Of a stretch of DNA of 64,000 nt, positions 54,700 through 64,000 are shown piece after piece (the stretch's first letter is position 1; each line of letters opens with the position of its first letter). Origin of the DNA: Eledone cirrhosa (taxonomy: Eukaryota); contig OZ024740.1 of the NCBI GenBank assembly GCA_964016885.1, positions 72,168,001-72,232,000 of the forward strand, written 5' to 3'. The position numbers and the translations under genes were made by a program. A model generated the notes under the pieces. It saw nothing but the letters and a program-made list of their open reading frames with translations, had not been told where the DNA came from and made no database searches.

Positions 54700-55826
54700 T
54701 ATGCTCACTTACTTCCCCTGTGCATCTGCATAGGTAGAAACTCCATTTTATGTCCCAAATGCAAAGTATGGGTGCATAAAAGATGTAGTGGGATCACAGG
54801 TAAGGTAACTAAGAACATAGATTTTTCATCTGGCCGGTGCTCTGGTGCAATAAGTAGCAGCAAGTCCCCACAAAATACTAGCTCTTTCAATTGCGCAGAG
54901 GGTTCTATAGAAATAGTGGACAGCTTCCGTTACCTGGGTGACAAAATCAGCAGTGGGGAGGGTGCTCGGAAAGTACAGTAGCTAGTTCAGAGAGCTTATA
55001 CCACTATTAGCCACTAAAGGGTTCTCCCTAAAAATGAAAGGCAGGTTGTATGATGCCTGCATACGAACAGCAATGTTGCATGGCAGTGAGACCTGGGCAT
55101 TGTGTGCAGAGGATATACACAGACTAGAGAGGAACGAAGCTTGCATGCTCCGCTGGATGTGTAATAGTAACATACGTGAACGGCAAAGCATAAGCAAACT
55201 AAGGAAAAAATTAGAAATAAGAGGGATCAGATGTTGTTTACTCGAGAGAAGGCTACGTTGGTATGGTCACGTGATGAACATGAAAGACGACAGCTGTATC
55301 ACAAAGTGCAGGGCAATAAAGATAGACGGTAGCTACGGAGTAGGCAGACCCAGAAAAACCTGGGACGAGCTGATAAATTCCGACCTCACACACTTGCACC
55401 TCTCCAAGACAATGTCACTGGACCGAGACCTTTGGCGGTACTCAGTAATAGAGAAGACCCGCCTTACCTAAATACATAGTAAAACCTACTACAGCCAGTA
55501 GGCATCTCTAACAAAATACACCGCCCCTTTCAATGTAAAGTTATGTTGGTGCCACAACATCCAGGCCGAAACAAATGAGATCGTGTAGGTGTCACGACAA
55601 AAAAACACAGTCCATGCTGTAATGTGGCCGTGTAGGTAACACGGTAAAAACCTCCCAGCCCCACACTGTAAATGTGGTTGGTGTTAGGAAGGGCATCCAG
55701 CTGTAGAAAACCCGCCAGACAGTCCTATGCGAGCAAGACAATCACTCTTGCCTCAAGTGGGGAAAACCCCCGTCCAAACCCATGCAAGCGTGGAACACGG
55801 ACGTTAAACGTTGATGATGATGATGA
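54700..55826 (+). mobile_element. RTE-type LINE, 3' portion
   Basis: VDSFRYLGD, KGRLYDACIRTAMLHGSETW, RRLRWYGHV, GRPRKTW; 3'UTR and (GAT)n tail. Confidence 0.88.
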
Positions 55827-55949
55827 GGGACCCTGTAAAAGGCCTTCTCCATATCTACAAATGCTAGATACAGTGGCTTGCTCTTATCTAAGTGCCTCTT
55901 ATATTGTTGTTTTACCAGAAAGCAGGCATCTCATCTAAGTTCATTCTTT

Positions 55950-56650
55950 CCCTAATGAACTGGTCCGTAGTTACTTCTCTCTAGTGCATCTCCTTTGCCC
56001 TTGTAGCAATTTACAATGATAATGCTGCCCCAGTCGTTGGGTATGATACCATCCTGTACTACTTGATTAACTATGCATCTGACTAGCTCATATCCTAACA
56101 TGCTAGATGTTTTACCAGATGGTCCAGTTGCTTTCCCTACCTTCATGTCTTTAATTGCTTTATTTGTCTTACTGCTGCCAACTTTCATGGCTGCTTCCTC
56201 GGTAGGGTCTGCGTGGTGTAGGCCCTCACTCTCCCTTTAATTTTCAGCAACTTCTTATAGTATGTCTTCCATGTCTCCATCTTTTCGGCATCAGACAGAG
56301 CAAGTGCTTCATTGTCATTTCAGGCACACTTTTGCCAACCACATGATTCTCTCTAGCATACTCTCTTGCAATCCTGAACACTTCATGCCTCTGATCTTCA
56401 TGATGAAGAACTTGTGCAAACTTCTTTTTTGCCTCTTCTCTCCCTAGATAAACTTGGCACCTGACCTTCCTTCTAGCTATTTGGTACTACTTTCTGTCTC
56501 CTCCATTCCTCTATTTTCTCCTGGCTTATGTTTTTGTTTTAATGGCTCTTCCTACCTTGTCATTCCACCACCATGTCACCCTCCATCTTGGTGGAACCTT
56601 GCTCCAGTTGCAGACCTGACTTGTGGCTTCAAGCATTGTTGTCCCATAGA
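55950..56650 (-). mobile_element. Decayed RTE-type LINE fragment (linker / RT N-terminus)
   Basis: KAIKDMKVGKATGPSG...IPNDW...IVNCYKGKGDALERSNY. Confidence 0.75.
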
Positions 56651-57837
56651 ATGAAATGAATATTTAAACTTTACATCCGTCAATGACACACACACACGTG
56701 CACACTTATGTTTGTCATCAAGGAAACTGATAAACAGGTGCACTGGAACAAAAGTATCTTGTGACATTTATTCCACCAGAGTTATACAGAGATTCCCCTT
56801 GTTCTCTCACCACTGGAAATGGCAGTGAACCATTTATCATCTCATTAGAAACCTGTAGCCAATAATACCATTGTTATATATATAACCATGATATATATAA
56901 ATAAAAGAACATCTCATAAAGATGTCTGCTTGAATGATGGCCAAAAGCCAGAATATTGAAATGAAATAAGTCAATGTGGCAGTGGGAAGATGCTGATGGT
57001 CATTGTGGTTGTGGTGGTGGTAGTGACATTGTGGTTGTGATGGTGGTGTGGACAACTGACCAATCCATTGAAATAATAACTTTAATAAATGTATCAGGAA
57101 ATTGAAGAATCTAACAACATGAGCAAGGCAATGTATTTTGAGTATAATTCATAATTTTTTTTTTGGTACTATCTCTTCCGATATCAAACTTGCAGACAAC
57201 TGACCGACTGTCTGGCGGCAAAACAAACCACTGACCGACTGTCTGTTGGCACCACTGACCAATAGTCTGGTGGCAGTACTATAGACCATAGAGATATTAG
57301 TATTGATTTAATCAAGACAAAAAATCTTGCATAAATTTTTCATGTACTCTTAAACGAAATGTATCCTTATATTTTAATAAAATCACCAGAACTATTGTGG
57401 AATATATTCAACGATAACAAATGTTTTAAGACTAGCTTTCCTGTGAAAGCAAGAATAAGCCTTGAGGGTTCCATGACAGACTTCATACTCATCAATGGGC
57501 TCCCCTATGAGGCAATGTTTTACAGCCAGATACCTTTCCTGGTATCAACTCTTTTAGTCACCTCTTGTGACGTACGGATACCGAGTATCTATTCTAAACT
57601 CTATATGAATAGAATTAGACAAGCATTTTAAGGCCATGTTGAAGGGTCCTTTTTGAGGCAATGTTTTACAAAATAAATGTAAAATGAATTTAAGTTTTTG
57701 TATTTGTGTATACATTGTTTTTGTTGTTTTTTGGTTTTTTTTTGCAAACTGACTCTCCCATGTAATTGCTGATATAATATTACAAATACACTGAATAATA
57801 AGAGAAATTCCTTTTTTTTTCCTTTTTTATCCAACAG

Positions 57838-57915
57838 ACAGAAGATCTGCGAAGTGAGACAGAGGAAAATGTCAGCGAGGATGAAAACCATTTACCTGTG
57901 AAAAAGTCAGGTTGA
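57838..57915 (+). CDS. CERS: Ceramide synthase terminal coding exon
   Basis: Strong polypyrimidine tract + cag; TEDLRSETEENVSEDENHLPVKKSG*, with a DxRS(D/E)xE motif and acidic tail typical of CerS C-termini; phase 0 fits. Confidence 0.88.
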   Translation, partial: TEDLRSETEENVSEDENHLPVKKSG

Positions 57916-58196
57916 AAACAGAACCACCTCTTTAAACCTTTAAAAAAAATTTGCCATTATCATTTCTGTCATTACTTCTCTAACCACCACCTTTACTATA
58001 ATTCCTGGCCAACTTTACTAATTCTAACATTCACCCAATTTCTATTATAACTGAAACTATCTTGATAATTTTTTTTTTTTTTTTTCACATCAATTTTTGA
58101 CCTAATACTAAATTTTACCCACCACCAACACTATCCCCAGTGGCTAGTGTTTATAAATCTGTGTTAGATAACAGGCCAGAGTTGTTTAACACACAG

Positions 58197-58236
<40 letters not shown>

Positions 58237-58617
58237 TTAATTTCAATAGTATTTTTTTTAAATTGAGTATTTCAGATATTTAACTAAACACTTTATTTGG
58301 ATGATTATATTATATATTTATGAAGATTTATTAATAATATTATTATTTAATTTTTTTTTTTTTATTTTGAGAGAACGATGATACGAGAATATTTCTTCAT
58401 CTGAATGTTTGCATTGTTTTTGTAATGAAAGATGGCAGAATTTGATTATTTAAATATCTAATAATAACAGAATAGCAGCTATTGTAGATGTGTGACCACA
58501 GTATCTACAATATATATGCTATTTCAGCGCCATGCCAAAAAAAAAAAAAAAAACGACTAAAACAGCTATGATATTCTGTATGTGTGTCGCTGTAAGTGTG
58601 CATATGTGTCTGTGAGA

Positions 58618-58623
58618 AATAAA
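58618..58623 (+). promoter_or_regulatory. Candidate polyadenylation signal of the CerS gene
   Basis: AATAAA ~700 nt after the stop codon; other candidates exist further on (e.g. ~58783). Confidence 0.3.
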
Positions 58624-60231
58624 CTTTGAGCTTAAAATCCAAACTTTAAAAAATCGTGCTATGCAGTGCATAATTTTGTTTTTAACTATGCTGACTTATA
58701 ATATATAAATATAATATATAGCTCTGCTTTTAGTACTTTTTGTTGTAGTATACTTAAATATTTTTTGTGGAGATTTATGTTAAATAAATAGTCATTAAGG
58801 TACTGGGAACAATGCTTTAAACAAATGAAATTCAACCAGAACTGCATGTCGATATCCGATAGAAAATATGGTAAGATACATATATTTCCTATTAGATACT
58901 CCTACATAGAAACTAAAGTGTTAAATAGTTGTGATACAACAAGTAGATATTCTGATATGACAATAAGTATTGTTAAGCCAAGGTTTGTAAGATAAACATT
59001 AAACTCAGATTAATTTATATTAAGAGTTTCGGGGGAAACATTAATACCATTAAAAAAGACGATCGTGTTAAATGTATTTTACATCACTGAAACAACTAAT
59101 TCTCTGAGTACTTAACTTAAATTCCTGATGGCTTCTTTTGAAGAATCTCTCCAAAATTACAACCATTTTTTTTTTTTTTCTCTTTGATTTAACTTGTTGC
59201 TTCGTTCCTATTTGTTATTAAGCTTTGGTTTGTTTCTCTGGCTAAAAACTGAGACCTAACCACTCTACCCAGCTCACCCTAACATTACTGCTGTATTTTG
59301 CTTACTCATTCATTGTTATTCTGGATGAGTTCTCTCTCTTTTTTGCTTCTGTTCTTTCTTTTTCCCCCCAATGACTATTTTTACTGTGACGTGACTTTCT
59401 CTTCAAAACTTGCTCTTTAGTCACAGAAGATAATATTAGCAACATAATGACTGTCTGACTTGACAGGCTTCTGCAATCAGCATGACTTCCTGCCTTGTCA
59501 CATGACCAGTAACTAACAACCAGCCATTCATTGACCAACAACTGAAGTGCAGCCAGATGATGTTCCATAAAGAATGTTATATTATCTCAAACCTTTCTGC
59601 AGTCTGTGTGTGTATGTTTGTGTGTGTGTGTGATGCACATACACACATGTTCATACATGCATACACACACTTCCCCACCACCACCCATATGTGCGCACTT
59701 GCACATACACACATGCACCTATCCATACACACACACACTTGCCCACATAGATACATACATACTTGCACTTACATATATGCATACAATCACTCATTCATTC
59801 ACACAAATAGAATGAGAACTCTACATAAAACTGATCTTTACGTGTTATGAGGTTTAAACTTTTTCTGAAATTTGTCTTCATTCATCTAAACCTACAGGTT
59901 TTTTCTTTATCCCTAAAACAACTTTTACAAAAAATATTCTTTCTGTATTTTTCGTGAAGCATTAGCAATTCTATAACTAAAGACATAGTTTGATATTAAA
60001 ATAATCTTATTTAAAAATGGGTGAGGATTTACTTGAGAAAATATATTTCTCTAGATTTTTTTCTGGGTTTTTTTCCTAAAGAAATTACAAAATGTTGCTG
60101 ATGTCTTGTCATTTTTTTTTTTATATTTATATATTTTTTTTAGATTGAGGAATTATATATATATATATCATCATTAATATTATTATTATTACCATTATCA
60201 TTATTATTATTATTGTTATTATTATTATTCA

Positions 60232-60449
60232 GGGGCAGTGGATTGGCAGAATCGTTAGAGCATCAGACAAATTCTTTGTAGTATTTGTTACAACTCTTTG
60301 TTCTGAGTTCAAATTCCACTGAGGTAAACTTTGCCTTTCATCATTTGGGGAGGGGGTGATAAAATAAAGTACCAATCAGGTATATTGGTCGATTTAATAG
60401 ACTTTTTTCTTCATCCGAAATTGCAGGCCTTGTGCCAATGTTAGAAAGA
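60232..60449 (+). mobile_element. tRNA-derived SINE, same family as 44677-44862
   Basis: Same head and body; ATTATTATTCA direct repeat on both sides. Confidence 0.8.
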
Positions 60450-61481
60450 ATTATTATTCATTGTTGTAAGGGTTGATAAAATAAAGAGCCAGCTATGTAC
60501 TGGAGTTTTATATAACCGACTATATACTTTCTCACTGAAATCTGTGACCTTGTGCCATTCTTAATCATCATTAGTATTATTAATTCTGCCATCTTTGAAT
60601 GAAACAAAAACTTGAATTGAAGACCTCCTTCTCCCCCTCCTCACCACCCCTACTGCTAAAAGTATCTCGGTCACAATGGTTTTCCTGTGACTTAAGTACT
60701 TTTACATCAGGCTTCAAATATTGAGATTTTATCATTTAAACTGTGCCAAGAAAAACTTCCGTTATATTTCACTTAAAATCAGCTTTTCTGTAAATCCTTA
60801 AAAAACAAAACTTTTTATTTTAACATGAAAAACAAAAAAAAAAAGATGTATCCCAATTTCTTAACTGTGATTCTTGAATATTTTCAATTGCTCTTGGAAT
60901 TTAAATCTCCAAAAAATATTTCATTAGCATTTTATCAGTCTTAGAACCAAGTCTAGACAGAAGATGCTAGTTTTAACATCTGAAAAGAACCAAAAAATAT
61001 TCTTCTTTAATATAATATGGAAAATTGATGTTAAATGGTGATGATGATGATATATTCTTTAAAAAAAAAAAAAAAGAAATTAGGGTTATATTTGCATACA
61101 TTAAATCCAGCTATGTTTCTTTCATCAATATTTTTGGCTGAAAAACTTTGTTTAATTATCCATAATATTTACGATATTTATCTATTTCACAATCTGCAAC
61201 CAGTTTACTGAATTTCACACCATTGAGAAACTTTTTGTCATTTGAAATAATTTTGACAAATACTTTGTATATTTCTTACATCATTTAAATTATTATTATT
61301 ATGATTATATTATTATTACATTGTTTTAAATGGAAGCATTTTGAAAAATCCACTGATTCTAAAAAATCAATAACATTTGAAAAAAGTTCACAATTTAAAG
61401 AGATTCACAATCAATAAGTTGATTGATAAATTAAGCCTTACTTTTATTGCTGTAATTATTTTTTGTCAAAAATCTGTATTC

Positions 61482-61866
61482 TGAAACAATGACATCATGG
61501 AAGAGTCATTTTAACTACTTAACAAAAACTGTTAATTCCACTTTACATTTATCATATATTTCCTTGTGCCAAAATTTTTGCTGCACTATTTGGAATTTGG
61601 TCACTAACGCAGTTCCACTGTAACAGTGGACCAAATCTTAAACTATGCAAAAAAAATTTCAACACCAAGAAATGAAATTAATTTAATATATTTTTTTTTA
61701 ATGGCTAAAATATCTCTTCCATGATGTAATTGTTTTAGTTTCAACATAGTCTCAGATTGTCACTTGCCAGACAAGTACAACTGTAGCTAAAATAACTATT
61801 CCACGATATAATTACTTTAGTTTCAAAACAGTCTCAGATCAAGTCACTTGCCAGACAAGTACAACT
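61482..61866. mobile_element. Second member of the foldback-like family
   Basis: Partial forward module, palindromic centre, then two inverted modules (gatcaagtcacttgccagac). Confidence 0.55.
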
Positions 61867-62508
61867 CAGAAATGTATTCTGAAAGTTCCTCTTTTATTAT
61901 CAATTTAAAAGAAGAAAAAAAACATATACAAATTAATCTTATAGGAAAGCATTTTATGTTAGTGATCAAAATGTTTATATTTTTTTAATACCTCCCTACA
62001 TTTATGGTAATTATTAGTATTAGGGTTCCTTTCCTGTCCCCGATTTAACAATTTTCTTTTCATTTATTTTTTTAGTTTTTCTACAGAATTTTTTGTTAAA
62101 AATTATTTTTAATTTCCATTGCTACAATATCTGGTTTTACATTATATATATATATATATATAATGTAAATCTTTATTCTAGCTGCAAACCTAAACTGCCT
62201 GCAGTTGCCTCTAAACACATCTAAGTTTTTCTATGGATATGTTGCCTTTGTATATGAAGGGGAGTTGATCTTTAAAAACAAAACCTGCTATATGCCCAAA
62301 TAGCTTCAATAAGTTGCTATATTGTCAAGTTTGTGTTTTAAAACTAAAAGATCAGTCCCGAACAACATAGAAATCTGTAGCTGGTTTGTATTATTTTGTC
62401 CATTTATGATCAATGTTATTTGATATTATTGATCTGATTTCTGACATATTAACTCCAATGGTTAGCAGATTGTCAGGAAATTTTACCTTTCTCCTTATTA
62501 CCTATGAA

Positions 62509-62620
62509 GGCATGTAGCTGAGTGGTTAATGTGCTGGACTCACAATCATAAGGTTATGGGTTTGATTCCTGTATCAGGCAGCATATTGCTCTTGTGAAAA
62601 ATACTGTTTCATGTTCCATT
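62509..62620 (+). mobile_element. Decayed tRNA-like SINE head
   Basis: tagctgagtggttaa...gggtttgattcc A/B-box-like motifs without an intact cloverleaf. Confidence 0.45.
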
Positions 62621-64000
62621 CTGCCAGGAGTTGCGACCACCAGAAAGTATCAGCAATAGAAAAACCTATGGAAACATTGTTTCCTTGGTCTGATTTGATG
62701 ATTGGCTCTTTTCTTTTCCTTACTGCTAGGATTTTTTTTTAGTTATCAATGTAGGAGTTCTCTTCTCTTGACTTGGTTATTCTTCCTTCTTTTCTCCCTC
62801 CATCTGCTCTATTTTCTCCTATTTGGTTAACCCAATGGTTAATACATTGTCAGAAAATTTTACCCTTCTTACTACCTGGCTCCTTGTTTTAGTTATCAAT
62901 GTAAGAGTTCTCTTCTCTTAACTTGGTTATTATTCCCTTTCTCCACCCCTGGGGTTTTATTTTCTCTTATTTGGTTCCCTAGCAGAGCTATCAGTGTTCA
63001 AATGATTTTCACAGCTTATCATCACATCCTTCCATTTTTTCTCCATTATCACCAATGGATTGACTGACAATTATACATATATTAAATTCAATGTTTATTT
63101 TTTTTACTACTAAGTCCATTTTGCTACCATTTCTTTCACAGAAAACCAAACCCATCTTGCACATTACTGAGATCTTTAATGAAATCATTCTATATATTTC
63201 TTTAATAAGCACCTAATGGCATGGGATGGAGGAAGTTTATTCCTTCATTTAAATGAAGACACTCTGTCGGATGTTGCCATTAGTATATTTTGCCACTTTT
63301 CTATTTAATACTTTAAACATACCTCAATGTATACAGTATTGTGTGCAGAGACCGATTTCATAGTTAATTATTCAGAACTGAGTTTCGCCTATAACTTGAT
63401 TTATTCCACTACAGGGTGGCCATTTAATAATAGCAATACACACTCAATTGATGTTAGTTTCTGCATTATACAGGGACAGATTAAGTTTCCATGGGACCCC
63501 TGGCTGAAAATTTCATCAGGGTACTTGCCTATTATTTATGGTAGGAAAAAAAATTTATCTAGGGTCCTTTAGATAATGAGATGGGGGCGGAGGCTCTGGC
63601 TACAGCCCAATCAGCCTTCCACACGTCTTCTCCCTTAATCTGCCACTAGCATTATGTGTGAAAATTAACATCTTTTCTAGACGTACCAATACATACATGT
63701 ACAAATGTACCTGTATGTATATATTCTTTTCAGGTTTTGTGACTTTTTCCTAACTTGTCACACAACCTCCATGGTGGAAAATCATGTCAAAATGGGCTGG
63801 GGTCCATGTGGTTTATTTATTCCTCATAGGAAGGAAGTATAAATATAAAAATGTATTTGTTTGTATACACTATTCACATATCAGTACTTACAGATATATG
63901 TATATTTGGCCATCTTCAAAGTAAATACATACATTCACCTACTAGCGACTTGACACTGATCTTACGACATTATGTATGTATATTTTGGTCAACTTTGCCT

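Noticed and set aside
62509-62580. tRNA gene
   Set aside because: A/B-box-like motifs only; stems are broken, consistent with a SINE head.
62455-62975. Interleaved short direct repeats
   Set aside because: Small degenerate local duplications with no further structure visible.

Overview
Eukaryotic, AT-rich animal DNA; the repeat landscape looks cephalopod/octopus-like (inference only). The window holds the last five coding exons of a + strand ceramide synthase gene (TLC/Lag1p domain, CerS5/6-like). One intron (4072-45074, ~41 kb) is filled by a ~24 kb 34-bp minisatellite, interrupted by two apparently identical full-length 5.8 kb Tx1-clade (L1-group) non-LTR retrotransposons 15,394 bp apart. 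Each element sits at the same position of the repeat unit with a 22-bp target-site duplication that is an imperfect palindrome, so both strand nicks would fall 3' of ATAGA. Shared flanking repeat variants suggest the two copies come from one insertion plus a ~15.4 kb tandem duplication (or a haplotype/assembly duplication). The element has two translation oddities: a -1 frame break at an A10 run in ORF1, and ORF1/ORF2 in frame with one TAG between them. The rest is decayed CR1, RTE and mariner pieces, SINEs, TTAA MITEs, a foldback-like family and a 3.9 kb TA/TG microsatellite. No CRISPR array or prokaryotic system is supported. Coordinates of decayed repeats are approximate.
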